Sequence record: PZ386974.1
From: a phage
Reading direction: 5' to 3' (one strand)
DNA: 64,000 bases
Below the pieces are notes generated by a model that searched no databases, had not been told where the DNA came from, and worked only from the letters and a program-made list of their open reading frames with translations. This document shows positions 42,234 to 51,973 of this stretch, piece by piece; within the stretch, counting starts at the first letter, position 1, and each line of letters opens with the position of its first letter. Position numbers and translations under genes: made by a program.

Positions 42234-44049
42234 AGGACATCCATTCTTTACGAAGTTCTGAATCATCACCCATCAACATTTCAAAGAGTTCTTTCCAATT
42301 TTCAGGAAGTTTAACTACGTCGTACACAGGGTTCTGAATCATTTCACGATATTCTGACTTTTCAAGGGAGCCTAATCCCTTGATGTATCGAATACTATGC
42401 TTAGGCAGTGTATATTTAACTTCTTCATACTCAGCTACAGTATAAAACCATTTTTGAGTTTTGCCAATTTGTGCAATAATTACAGGTGTTTTAACAAAGC
42501 GAATACGTCCTTGTTCAAACAATTCAGGCCAATTACTAAAGAAAGCAAGCAAAGCTGGATAAATGCTTCCAAGACCGTCATGATCGGCATCAGTCATAAT
42601 TGCAATATTACGATAGTTCGTATTCTCTGCCTTTTCACCAAGAATAAGACCTGTGATAGCACAGATATCAAAGAGCTCTTTGTTCTTCATCATATCAGCA
42701 TATGACATACCCCAGCTATTCATCACCTTACCACGTAATGGGAATCCACCATGTAGTTCACGGTCACGAACATCAATGAGATAACCAATTGCCGAATCAC
42801 CTTCTGTTAAGAACAATGTCGTATCTGCATCTTTACCACATTGGTTAGCTTTAATATGCTTATGAACCTTAGCTTTAGTTGCCTTTTTAGCTGCTTTAGT
42901 TTCTGCAGCCTTTTCTGCCGCCAATTTACGAGCTAATGCTGCTTCAACAATAGGCATAATCAAGGCTTCGTTTTTAAGAAGTGCCTGAGCAATTTTCTTA
43001 GCATCTAATTGGATATGATTACGAATATCACCATATGTTGACGTTAAACGTTCTTTAGTCTGAGAATCAAAACGCATGTTGCTCATGTCTCTAATAAACA
43101 TCAACATTGTGAGACATTCTTTAACACGAGCTTTAGTGACTTCAATACCCTTATATTTCTTTTTAATACCGGGCAAAAGATGTTCGCAGATATCATCCAT
43201 TACACATTCAACATGATGACCACCATTTTTAGTATGGATGTTATTCACATAAGTTAAATGACGGAAGCCATCTGGTGATGTTGTGAATGCTATAGAGACT
43301 TTATCATTTTCTTGAATGATGTTATCTTCGCCAAATTGTTTAGCAAATCGTTTAAAATTACCATCAACCTTTTTACCATTAAATGTGAACTTGATATCAG
43401 GATAAACGACTGCCAACGTTTGAAGTCGGTCTAAAGTAATATCTAAATAAACTTGAGATAAATTATGCTCTTCAAATGAAGAGAAATCAGGAGTGAAGAT
43501 TACTTTAGTGCCTTTACCTTTAGATTTCTTAGAAGACCATGATTTGTTTTCCATTCCGTTTGAACAGTTAACAGTGATTTCATTTTCGCCATCTGACGTG
43601 ATGCCTGTAAACAACGTAGAGAAGATATTAGTTAAACTACTCCCGACGCCGTTCATACCACCAGTCTTGCGTTCAGAGTCATCACCAAAGTTACCACCGG
43701 CCTTTGGAATAGTCCAGGCTGCTACAGGCCCAGGAATTTGTTCACCTGTTTGGTCTGTAACTAAACCTTGAGGAATACCACGTCCGTTATCTTCCACCGA
43801 AACTTGATTATTTTTAATTTGCACATCAATTTTATTTGCAAACTTAAATGATGTACGAATAGCTTCATCAACCGAGTTGTCAATAATCTCATCGATTAAT
43901 TTAACCAGACCAGGAACATATTCAACTTGCTGATATTTACCAAACAAAAAACGCTCATGTGCTTCTTTGGCCGAAGAACCAATATACATACCACTGCGTT
44001 TCTTAATATGTTCTACATCTGACAATACCTTAATTTCATTTTTAATCAT
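42232..44049 (-). CDS. 39: DNA topoisomerase II large subunit gp39 (single ORF covering the T4 gene 39 + gene 60 equivalent)
   Basis: 605 aa uninterrupted; GHKL ATPase (Bergerat) motifs in the N-terminal half and a TOPRIM region at the C-terminus; ATG start. Confidence 0.92.
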   Translation of the reverse strand: MIKNEIKVLSDVEHIKKRSGMYIGSSAKEAHERFLFGKYQQVEYVPGLVKLIDEIIDNSVDEAIRTSFKFANKIDVQIKNNQVSVEDNGRGIPQGLVTDQTGEQIPGPVAAWTIPKAGGNFGDDSERKTGGMNGVGSSLTNIFSTLFTGITSDGENEITVNCSNGMENKSWSSKKSKGKGTKVIFTPDFSSFEEHNLSQVYLDITLDRLQTLAVVYPDIKFTFNGKKVDGNFKRFAKQFGEDNIIQENDKVSIAFTTSPDGFRHLTYVNNIHTKNGGHHVECVMDDICEHLLPGIKKKYKGIEVTKARVKECLTMLMFIRDMSNMRFDSQTKERLTSTYGDIRNHIQLDAKKIAQALLKNEALIMPIVEAALARKLAAEKAAETKAAKKATKAKVHKHIKANQCGKDADTTLFLTEGDSAIGYLIDVRDRELHGGFPLRGKVMNSWGMSYADMMKNKELFDICAITGLILGEKAENTNYRNIAIMTDADHDGLGSIYPALLAFFSNWPELFEQGRIRFVKTPVIIAQIGKTQKWFYTVAEYEEVKYTLPKHSIRYIKGLGSLEKSEYREMIQNPVYDVVKLPENWKELFEMLMGDDSELRKEWMS

Positions 44050-44100
44050 GTTGTCTCCTCGTTATGAAGGTATTCTATCATCCGAAATCTAAAGCAAAAA

Positions 44101-44112
44101 GGGCCGAAGCCC
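44101..44112 (-). terminator. hairpin GGGC-CGAA-GCCC flanked by A5/T-rich runs
   Basis: Between ORF 44113..44535 stop and gene 39 start. Confidence 0.45.
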
Positions 44113-44535
44113 TTATTTAAATTTAATTTTCTGAAGTGCATCAATTGCAGCCAAACGCCCTTGTTCACTTTTAACTGTAATGACCACATCGCCTGATACG
44201 ATCACCGAACCATCAACAAATTCTATAGAGCCTTTTTTGAAATCGACAGCTGTATCTGGTTCCGGAACTTCTTCAAAGAATTTAAATTCTGCACCATAAA
44301 GCAGAATATCACCTTGCATACTAATGATTGTACGTCCAGGTCCATCGGTTTCAGCGGCAATCATTGAAACACCGTAACCAATCATCTCTTCTACAATAAA
44401 ATCTCTTGATAATAAAACTGTATGCAGAGTAGTGTTAAGACGTTTACCAGTTGTATTAAGAATTCTCAAGAAATTATCTTCTTGACCTTTGATAATACGA
44501 TATTTCTTACCAACTTCAAAACCTTTAAAAGCCAT
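44113..44535 (-). CDS. hypothetical protein (140 aa)
   Basis: ORF track; ATG start; occupies the slot upstream of gene 39 where T4 has goF/39.x. Confidence 0.5.
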   Translation of the reverse strand: MAFKGFEVGKKYRIIKGQEDNFLRILNTTGKRLNTTLHTVLLSRDFIVEEMIGYGVSMIAAETDGPGRTIISMQGDILLYGAEFKFFEEVPEPDTAVDFKKGSIEFVDGSVIVSGDVVITVKSEQGRLAAIDALQKIKFK

Positions 44536-44537
44536 AA

Positions 44538-44717
44538 TTAACCCTTCTTAAGTAAGTCGTAAAAACCACCGTTCACATGTTTAGGAGCAGAAACCCGACG
44601 AGTAGACAGACGATGACATTCAGGGCAAACATCGTTTTCTCGTTCAGAAATCCTTTTAATTTTTTCATATTCATGGCCACAATCTTCAGATTGGCATTTA
44701 TAGTCGTATAACGGCAT
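44538..44717 (-). CDS. FmdB-family zinc-ribbon protein (59 aa)
   Basis: Own translation [41 protein letters not shown]...; CxxxxC...CxxC pattern; TAATG coupling upstream. Confidence 0.45.
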   Translation of the reverse strand: MPLYDYKCQSEDCGHEYEKIKRISERENDVCPECHRLSTRRVSAPKHVNGGFYDLLKKG

Positions 44718-45130
44718 TATTGTTCCTTAAAGTGAGCTTTCAACATTTGATACAAAGACCATGCCTGGTCATTATTTTCGATAGTAATCGTCATCACAGG
44801 AAATTCAGACAATTCGTCAAGTTCACCAGAATCTTGCTCTTCGGACGCTTGATATGGATTTCCAACTTCGTCAAAGAACTCTGCTTCATTCGTGGAGAGC
44901 CAGATAAAGTTTTCATCAAGGATATCACCACCTGTTGCGTATCCAACCATGCCAGTAGATGTCACAATTTTAGTAGGACGACCAAGATGGTCAACATCTA
45001 ATACTTTAAATGGTTCCATGCCAAGACGTCGTGCATAAATCCCATTATCAGTGTGGTCTTTAATAAACTCTTCTTGGGCACGTTTATCTATGAACTGATA
45101 CCATTTATTAACTTCAAATTTATTAGCCAT
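44717..45130 (-). CDS. hypothetical acidic protein (137 aa)
   Basis: Track start 45148 is TTG; ATG at 45130 forms TAATG overlap with upstream stop. Confidence 0.5.
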   Translation of the reverse strand: MANKFEVNKWYQFIDKRAQEEFIKDHTDNGIYARRLGMEPFKVLDVDHLGRPTKIVTSTGMVGYATGGDILDENFIWLSTNEAEFFDEVGNPYQASEEQDSGELDELSEFPVMTITIENNDQAWSLYQMLKAHFKEQ

Positions 45131-45357
45131 TAGTAAGTTTCCTTCCAATAAGTTGTGCCGTTTTCAGTGATTTCACGGAAGATACCATAGATAGGCATTT
45201 CATCGCCGAGTTTTTCGTAAACGTAAACCACTTCGGTGTAGCATAAAAATTCGGTCCAGTTTTTCTGTACAACAACTAAATCAGGATTAAACAGAACATC
45301 TTCAAACTCATCAATGTTTGAATCAGTAGTTACGTTTTTAATGATTTGACGTTTCAT
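45130..45357 (-). CDS. hypothetical protein (75 aa)
   Basis: Track ORF 45130..45402; ATG at 45357 has strong SD AGAGGAG and lies downstream of the promoter box. Confidence 0.4.
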   Translation of the reverse strand: MKRQIIKNVTTDSNIDEFEDVLFNPDLVVVQKNWTEFLCYTEVVYVYEKLGDEMPIYGIFREITENGTTYWKETY

Positions 45358-45385
45358 AATATTCTCCTCTTGTTTTGATAGGTCT

Positions 45386-45414
45386 ATAGTATCATAGGCC
45401 ATAGTTGTTGTACA
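45386..45414 (-). promoter_or_regulatory. sigma70-type early promoter (-35 TGTACA, 17 bp, -10 TACTAT)
   Basis: Carries the conserved TACTATAGACCTATCAA box seen at other early promoters. Confidence 0.4.
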
Positions 45415-45939
45415 TCATTTTAGCAAAATAAAATCAACTTGTTCTGCCAATGAACGTCTAAACATTAATTGACAACTTCCGAGGATGAAATCAGGTGCTT
45501 CATAGACAGCGATGTAGTATCCTTTAGCTTTCAAGAGTTCAACATCCACCTGGTCATCAAACCATGCATAAACCGCGTCAACACTTTCAAATCCAAAATA
45601 GAACCCTTGAGCCCAATCTTCACTCAATTCAAATGTGTGCTCAATTCTATGGTATCTTAAGATATTTTGTTCAAGGAGTTTGTCTTCATTTACTGTAGGA
45701 CGATTAGGGACATTATAGTTGTCGCCGTGATGGTAGAAGTTACCTGAGATTATTCCGTGTTTATCAAGGAACTCCCATGTTTCTTCAGAGTTGTCGGTGC
45801 CAGACCAACCGTATGGCGAGCGAGGTTCTTTATTCCAAGAGGTTTCCCAAATTCTGACGGCTTTACCGTCTTCGATAGCAATTCCTGGTAATGATTCACG
45901 TTGAGTACAAAAACTACGTTCTACGCGGTAAACTAACAT
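45415..45939 (-). CDS. hypothetical protein (174 aa)
   Basis: ORF track. Confidence 0.5.
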   Translation of the reverse strand: MLVYRVERSFCTQRESLPGIAIEDGKAVRIWETSWNKEPRSPYGWSGTDNSEETWEFLDKHGIISGNFYHHGDNYNVPNRPTVNEDKLLEQNILRYHRIEHTFELSEDWAQGFYFGFESVDAVYAWFDDQVDVELLKAKGYYIAVYEAPDFILGSCQLMFRRSLAEQVDFILLK

Positions 45940-45998
45940 ATTATTCTCCTCTGGTTGATAGGTCTATAATACCAAAACCAGAGGAGAAGTAAACAACT

Positions 45999-46418
45999 TT
46001 ATGCGAAAGCCGCTGGGCTATATTTTTTAATTTGGAATTCAGGAACTACCATGAACTGTCCAGCAAAAACAATATTGTAGAGCTTGACGCCATCTTCTAT
46101 CCAACGGTCGCTAATAAATCCGGCGATTTGCTTAGTTTTCCATGGCGTTCCATCAGTTGCCGCAGCAATAGTGAATTCATGGTCTTTTTCAACAGAAACT
46201 GATCTGCATAGTCCCCATTTGAACGCACGTTCTTCTGGCTCAATGAACTGGCTTGAGACGTAGCCAATATTACCATTGGCATCACGAACTTTAACTTGGT
46301 TACGACCAAAAACCGGATCACTCACAGAAAGAACTTCAACCAACTTCCCGGCAACTTTAGAGCGAGAAGCAACAGATACATATACGTAATCACCTGTAGA
46401 GAGATTTACAATATTCAT
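45999..46418 (-). CDS. hypothetical protein, paralog family member A (139 aa)
   Basis: Shares N-terminal SVASRSKVAGKLVEV and C-terminal GFISDRWIEDGVKLYNIVF blocks with the next two ORFs. Confidence 0.55.
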   Translation of the reverse strand: MNIVNLSTGDYVYVSVASRSKVAGKLVEVLSVSDPVFGRNQVKVRDANGNIGYVSSQFIEPEERAFKWGLCRSVSVEKDHEFTIAAATDGTPWKTKQIAGFISDRWIEDGVKLYNIVFAGQFMVVPEFQIKKYSPAAFA

Positions 46419-46427
46419 AATAATTCC

Positions 46428-46892
46428 TTAAGCTTTACGAGGAGACACATAGCGAGTGATTTCAGATTCTTTAACAACTCGGAAGTCACCTAAGAATACG
46501 ATATTGTATAACTTTTCACCATCTTCAACCCATTGGTCACTAATGAAGCCACACATAGTATCAGTTTTGCTTGGATAACCGTATTCATCGATGAAGTCAA
46601 ATTCTTTATCGGTTATAAATTCAACGCCTTTGCAAAGGGCCCATTTGAACTGTGTAGTAGGCTCAACGATATCGCTTGAAGCAAAGTGGGCACTTACACG
46701 AGTTTCCAAGAATTTAGGACTTACATAGGCGAACTGAGTTTCAGTTTTTCCAGAACTAGGAATGATTCGAACTTTAACTTCTTTAATACGTCCCATGCCA
46801 TTTGTGCGAAGTCCGACAACTTCAACCAGACGACCTGCGGCTTTAGAACGGGATGCAGTTGATACACGCTTAATTTCACCAATATTAATCAT
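46428..46892 (-). CDS. hypothetical protein, paralog family member B (154 aa)
   Basis: Track ORF 46428..46955; ATG at 46892 gives an N-terminus MINIGEIKRVSTASRSKAAGRLVEV aligned with paralog A. Confidence 0.55.
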   Translation of the reverse strand: MINIGEIKRVSTASRSKAAGRLVEVVGLRTNGMGRIKEVKVRIIPSSGKTETQFAYVSPKFLETRVSAHFASSDIVEPTTQFKWALCKGVEFITDKEFDFIDEYGYPSKTDTMCGFISDQWVEDGEKLYNIVFLGDFRVVKESEITRYVSPRKA

Positions 46893-46954
46893 ATTTTTTC
46901 TCTCTTTGTTTAAATTGAATTCATTATACTCCATCCATCCTTGGATGTACAACA

Positions 46955-47449
46955 TTAATTTAGAATATTAACCATAGCACTACGTGGAACTACACTAAAA
47001 TCACCTGCATGAACAACGTTCAGAAGTTCAACACCGTCTTCAATCCACTGATCAGTTACCCATCCACTCACTGGACCTGCGAACGGACGTCGAATTGAAA
47101 CAGCTTTACACAACAAATCAGTAGGCTCAATAGGCTTAATCAGAGTACCGTACATACAAGCGATATCCATATCAATACAGATGTCTTTAACGGGTTCTAC
47201 TTCTTCAATCAACAGTTCAAAGTCAGTGCTTGGAATGGCGGTAGTAGAAATTGTACCGTGTGAATTTTTAATTTCTAAGAATAACCAAGGGCCTTCAGCT
47301 TGTTTGATGAAGTTAACAATAGTGAAACTATTACCTTGAGTGGCACCTAAAATTTCACAAAACTTTTCATAAGCTCGCACTGAAGCACCGTACCAGTTGA
47401 TTTGTTTTTCGTCTTTCATGATGTAAGTAGCCGTAGTATTGATGTTCAT
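46955..47449 (-). CDS. hypothetical protein, paralog family member C (164 aa)
   Basis: C-terminal block GWVTDQWIEDGVELLNVVHAGDF homologous to paralogs A/B; sits in the dexA-proximal slot where T4 has motB/dexA.x. Confidence 0.55.
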   Translation of the reverse strand: MNINTTATYIMKDEKQINWYGASVRAYEKFCEILGATQGNSFTIVNFIKQAEGPWLFLEIKNSHGTISTTAIPSTDFELLIEEVEPVKDICIDMDIACMYGTLIKPIEPTDLLCKAVSIRRPFAGPVSGWVTDQWIEDGVELLNVVHAGDFSVVPRSAMVNILN

Positions 47450-47515
47450 AATGTTTTTCCTGTTTGGTTAAGATAGAAAGATTATACTCCAACCATCCTT
47501 GGTTGTAAACTGATT

Positions 47516-48193
47516 TTATCGCTGTTTTACACTTAACGGGTCAGGATTCTCAGGGACATCTTCAAGGCCAAGCGCATAACGCTGAGCATATTTTAACATC
47601 AAAATATCTTTAGCACAATCATGAATACTATCATGAGCAACGAATCCTTTTAGCGTACCCATCGGTAATGGACACATACTTAATCCTCGTGTCAACGAGT
47701 AAGCTTCGATTGCCGTACGAATATCACGTTGAGCCCAGAATTTAACCGGTTCTAATTTATCAGTATCAATCTCTGGTTCAAGAACACCTTCATCACGATA
47801 GAGGTCACGAATCAAATCGACCAAGATCGGGAAGTCAAAGCTCATACCGCGGCACCACATCTGTGATTTCCATTGGTCAACTTTATTAGCTCGACAATAA
47901 TCTAAAAAGATTTTAATGCCTTCAAGCGTAGTGACATCGTCTTCAGACGGAGCCAAGTTTTTACGCGCTTCAGCCGATTGTTCTTTCCACCATTTCATAG
48001 TGGATTTAGCGAAAACTCGCTTCCCTTTCTGAGAAGCTAAATTAAATTTAATTCGCTTACCTCGTTGAACAAGTTCTTCAAATGATTCAACAACTTCAGG
48101 GTCGGAATTATATGCAATAACCGCAAGGTCAATAACAGCCGCTTTTGATGTATTGCCGAATGTTTCAAAATCTATAATAACATCAGTGCTCAT
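47516..48193 (-). CDS. dexA: exonuclease A (DEDD 3'-5' exonuclease)
   Basis: 225 aa; N-terminal IIDFETFG Exo I motif and C-terminal H-x4-D; size and position match T4 DexA. Confidence 0.85.
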   Translation of the reverse strand: MSTDVIIDFETFGNTSKAAVIDLAVIAYNSDPEVVESFEELVQRGKRIKFNLASQKGKRVFAKSTMKWWKEQSAEARKNLAPSEDDVTTLEGIKIFLDYCRANKVDQWKSQMWCRGMSFDFPILVDLIRDLYRDEGVLEPEIDTDKLEPVKFWAQRDIRTAIEAYSLTRGLSMCPLPMGTLKGFVAHDSIHDCAKDILMLKYAQRYALGLEDVPENPDPLSVKQR

Positions 48194-48202
48194 AATTTTC
48201 TC

Positions 48203-49516
48203 TCAAATAAAATGGACGTCAAACCGGCCACGAGTTGTGCCGACATACAATAACTGTTTAGCTAATTCCGAATCAGCATAATGGATACACGGTGTATAAA
48301 CAAAGGCCGTGTCAACAGACATACCCTGGGCCTTATGGAAGGTTGATACTGGTAGTGCCTTCACCTTAGTGAACATACGTTTAGCATCCCAGAATTCGCT
48401 CCATGGAGCTTTACCACCTTTATTCCAGAATTTGTATGTTTCTGCGGCCTTAGCCAAAAACAAATTGAATTTATAAAGCTCTTCTTCTGAAGAAATAACC
48501 TTTATATCTTCGCGGATGTATTCTTCATCATCCCCATATGTTTCTACTGTAAGATTCCAGTATCGTATCATATATTCGCCTGAAACACCACGTGCTTTAA
48601 CGAATGTAGACGTTTCTACAGCATCTCGAATACGAACGAATTGCCCGTTATTGAAAAGCATTTCGGTCATATTTTTACAATCTAGCTTATATGTCTTAGT
48701 AAATGGCTCTTGTAGAACAATGACTTCGTCTTTAATAAATGGTTTTTCTGTTTCAAGAAGTTTTCGGCGAATAATTGAATTTAACTTGTCCACCGACTTA
48801 TTTGTGAATGCCATCATTCGATTTTCGAAAAGGTCTTCAGGAGTTTTAACGACATTAAAATAGTTCGTCATATACGATTTAAGGTCTGTATATCCATGAA
48901 CACCATGCCCGTCAACTACTTTATCGTAAATCCATTTGCCATTACGAATATCAGTCGCAACATCAATAATTGGTGCATTGCTACGTTTAACTTCTGTAAG
49001 GTTGCATTGCACGAAGTCTTTGTGAGTGAAGAAAGGACTTAGATACGCAGTTGATTCGCCTGGATCTACCGGACGAATCTGGCATCGGTCGCCGATTCCA
49101 ATTACTGTACACCATTTAGGGATACTAGCTAACATTATTTTAAACAGAGAACGGTCGCACATTGACGCTTCATCAAATAACAGTACACGACACAAGGCTA
49201 AGTCGGGAACCTTTTTCTGTTCAAACAATACGTTTTCTTCGTATGTAGTTGGGTTGATTTTAAGAATGCTATGAATAGTCGATGCTTCTTGACCAGCAAG
49301 TTTGCTTAGAACCTTTTTAGCAGCATGTGTAGGGGCTGCTAAAATAATGCCTGATTCTCCGGCAGAAATAAGAGCTTCAACGATGAATCTAGTAAGGGTT
49401 GTTTTACCTGTACCAGCAGGCCCATTAATAGTTACGTGATGTTTCTTTTCTTTAATAGCTTTCATAACAACGTTGAAGGCGTTTTTCTGGCCTTCAGTCA
49501 AATCATCAAATGTCAT
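48203..49516 (-). CDS. dda: Dda DNA helicase (SF1B)
   Basis: 437 aa; Walker A GPAGTGKTT, Walker B LFDEASM; collinear with T4 Dda as recalled. Confidence 0.92.
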   Translation of the reverse strand: MTFDDLTEGQKNAFNVVMKAIKEKKHHVTINGPAGTGKTTLTRFIVEALISAGESGIILAAPTHAAKKVLSKLAGQEASTIHSILKINPTTYEENVLFEQKKVPDLALCRVLLFDEASMCDRSLFKIMLASIPKWCTVIGIGDRCQIRPVDPGESTAYLSPFFTHKDFVQCNLTEVKRSNAPIIDVATDIRNGKWIYDKVVDGHGVHGYTDLKSYMTNYFNVVKTPEDLFENRMMAFTNKSVDKLNSIIRRKLLETEKPFIKDEVIVLQEPFTKTYKLDCKNMTEMLFNNGQFVRIRDAVETSTFVKARGVSGEYMIRYWNLTVETYGDDEEYIREDIKVISSEEELYKFNLFLAKAAETYKFWNKGGKAPWSEFWDAKRMFTKVKALPVSTFHKAQGMSVDTAFVYTPCIHYADSELAKQLLYVGTTRGRFDVHFI

Positions 49517-49824
49517 CGTAAAGTCCCTGCAATTGGAATACTAACAATACGGCCTGTGTCCAGGATTCGTTGATACAATCTTTGCGTCTCCGCATCTAGT
49601 TTAATGTGTTTCATTTCGAGCTTATTAAACCAGAACTTACGCGGAGTTTCGACCATTCTTAGAACTCCCATTTTTAAATCTGTTTTATACTGTGTTTTCA
49701 AAGTATCGAAAACTTTATCTGCAATATCCTTTCTAAAAAATACTGCAGGACGATGCTCATCAAGTGGAACCGGGACAGTAAATCCTTCCATATCTCGATA
49801 AACTATTGCATATACATAAACCAT
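49513..49824 (-). CDS. hypothetical protein (103 aa)
   Basis: ORF track; ATGA overlap with dda. Confidence 0.5.
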   Translation of the reverse strand: MVYVYAIVYRDMEGFTVPVPLDEHRPAVFFRKDIADKVFDTLKTQYKTDLKMGVLRMVETPRKFWFNKLEMKHIKLDAETQRLYQRILDTGRIVSIPIAGTLR

Positions 49825-49826
49825 AA

Positions 49827-50573
49827 TTAACCTTTAATCAGTTGGAATAATGATGCGCTAAGTGGTAGGCCACGTTTCAATTTTAATTTACCAATGAAAC
49901 CAATCTTTTCAAAACGTTGCAGACCTTGGATAACTTTATCATATGTATCGAAAAGCGATTCAGCGTCAGTTAATTTAGTTTTAGTTTTCCAGTCAGAGCC
50001 TTTAAGAAGAACATTGAGTTTAGTAAGTTCATGGCCTTCTGCTTGATGTGAGCCATTAATGCGTGCTTTCAAAGCAACAATTCTAAGTTTAGATTCGTTA
50101 GATAAAGGTTGATTTTTCATCATGTTCGCCATATGCTTAACACGATTTTCACGTTTTGCTCGGATTTTTAAAATAGTGCCATAAACCTTTTTAATTTGGG
50201 CCCATTTCTTCTCGTCGAGATTAAGTTTCTCTACTTTACGGGCAGAAGGATTAGCGATACGTCTTGCAATGGCATCACGTTTCTCAATAAGTTCTTCTAA
50301 TGTTAAATCAGAACGAGCCGTGTTATATTTTTTCTTAACTGGGATGACATTACCTTTAATGTAGCCTATATCATTATTAAAACGTTCTAAGGATAATTTC
50401 TCACCTTCAACAGAGTTATTAAAAGATTCACCTGAGTAAGCGCAGACCTTTTGATCAAGAATGTTTTTAAGGTAATTAAAGTCTAAGTTAAAATCCTTAG
50501 AGCGTCTCTTCGCAGAAGCTCTGGTGTGGTCAAGACGACGATTGATTTTGTTAATTTTATTATTTGATAACAT
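49827..50573 (-). CDS. srd: Srd-like protein
   Basis: 248 aa basic protein between dda and the mod genes; size and position match T4 Srd; homology not verified. Confidence 0.5.
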   Translation of the reverse strand: MLSNNKINKINRRLDHTRASAKRRSKDFNLDFNYLKNILDQKVCAYSGESFNNSVEGEKLSLERFNNDIGYIKGNVIPVKKKYNTARSDLTLEELIEKRDAIARRIANPSARKVEKLNLDEKKWAQIKKVYGTILKIRAKRENRVKHMANMMKNQPLSNESKLRIVALKARINGSHQAEGHELTKLNVLLKGSDWKTKTKLTDAESLFDTYDKVIQGLQRFEKIGFIGKLKLKRGLPLSASLFQLIKG

Positions 50574-50725
50574 AATATTTTCCTCTGTCTTACGGACGTT
50601 AGGTCATTTAGCTGATAGGTCTATAATATCATGCCCTCAGGTAGTGTACACTCTTTTTTCGTAAAATGCTTTAATTTTTTATGTGTTATAATGGTTCTGA
50701 GTTCCATCCGGTTATTCCAATCCAG

Positions 50726-51334
50726 TCAGTAACTGACAATAGACAGATTCCAAATTGTATAACGTCCATCTTGAATAATAGAATCTACACGCAGTGTAGT
50801 CCCTATAGGGAGCATAAATTCACATTCGTCAGATATAAGTCTAGCATTAGACCGTCTTGTCGCTTCAGGGAAAGCTCCATTGAACTCACAAGATGGCGCA
50901 GCCAGAATCATGTTAAGCATATGTTCACGGAAGTTGAAAGCAAATGATGCATCTTTGATGCAGAACATATTAAATGTTCCATAAAAATTATATGAAGCGA
51001 AGTTACGTGCTACACCAAACACCGGACTAAAGCTCATTACTCTGTCAAATTTAATAATACTACCAATGCCTTTATCATCAAGTGTGGCCATAGTTTTCTT
51101 AGAGATTCCACGATACATTGTCTCAGGAACAGAAGACGTCCAATTTCTACGAACGATTGAACTTAACTCCTGTTGAATACAGTCTGGCTTGTTTTCCATA
51201 CACTGCCAAAGGATGCTTTGTTCATTATCGTTGAATTGACTATCAATTTCGTACTGCAATACATCTTGATATTCGGGGTTTTGAGCACGACGAACCATTT
51301 CTTCAATTTCACACTCGTTATACGGCATAAACAT
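50726..51334 (-). CDS. modA: ADP-ribosyltransferase (ModA-like)
   Basis: 202 aa; R-S-ExE signature (YRG..., SFS, ECE); paralog of the next gene; A/B assignment by order only. Confidence 0.6.
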   Translation of the reverse strand: MFMPYNECEIEEMVRRAQNPEYQDVLQYEIDSQFNDNEQSILWQCMENKPDCIQQELSSIVRRNWTSSVPETMYRGISKKTMATLDDKGIGSIIKFDRVMSFSPVFGVARNFASYNFYGTFNMFCIKDASFAFNFREHMLNMILAAPSCEFNGAFPEATRRSNARLISDECEFMLPIGTTLRVDSIIQDGRYTIWNLSIVSY

Positions 51335-51362
51335 TTAGGTTTCTCCTCTGGTTGATAGGTCT

Positions 51363-51391
51363 ATAGTATCATCGTCCTTGTTGTTTGTACA
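51363..51391 (-). promoter_or_regulatory. sigma70-type early promoter (-35 TGTACA, 17 bp, -10 TACTAT)
   Basis: Conserved TACTATAGACCTATCAACC box directly upstream of the modA-like SD/ATG. Confidence 0.45.
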
Positions 51392-51973
51392 CTAAAAATT
51401 CAACATTTTCAAATGAATGATTTTGTATAATCGAGATAAAGGGTCATATTCTAAGTCTTCAATTTCAACAATCTCAAATCTAGAGATACCTGAGACCATG
51501 TACTCTTGTTCAGATTCAATCATATCTAGGACGTCAACACGCTTTTCTTCCATAACATGCTTAGGGTTCTTTCCGGCGAGTACAATGTTAACCATGTTTT
51601 GGTAGTAATCAAAAATGAATGGAGCATTCCTGAGACTAAGAATAGTGTACGTCTGATATTCCCAACTCCCAGAGAATTGACGAGCTGTACTGAAATCAGT
51701 TGTGAACGATGTTACTCGTCCAGGAGACCAATGGCATCCAACAGAAAGAAGTGAAAGACGTTCTACTTCTTCTGGAGTTACACCACGGTAGAGTTCTACT
51801 GGTACTGTAGAAGTCATATGCTTACGAACAAGATGGTCTAATTCATAGTGGAAATCCGGGTCTTCCTTAGAATCGGTGCAAGCCCAGAGAATGTTTTGTT
51901 CTTGGCGGGTGAATTTGCTATCAATCAGATTTGTTAGGTATTCACGTTCTTGAAGTTCAGATTGACATGTCAT
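51392..51973 (-). CDS. modB: ADP-ribosyltransferase (ModB-like)
   Basis: 193 aa; R-S-ExE signature (YRG..., SFT, EQE); paralogous to the preceding gene. Confidence 0.6.
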   Translation of the reverse strand: MTCQSELQEREYLTNLIDSKFTRQEQNILWACTDSKEDPDFHYELDHLVRKHMTSTVPVELYRGVTPEEVERLSLLSVGCHWSPGRVTSFTTDFSTARQFSGSWEYQTYTILSLRNAPFIFDYYQNMVNIVLAGKNPKHVMEEKRVDVLDMIESEQEYMVSGISRFEIVEIEDLEYDPLSRLYKIIHLKMLNF

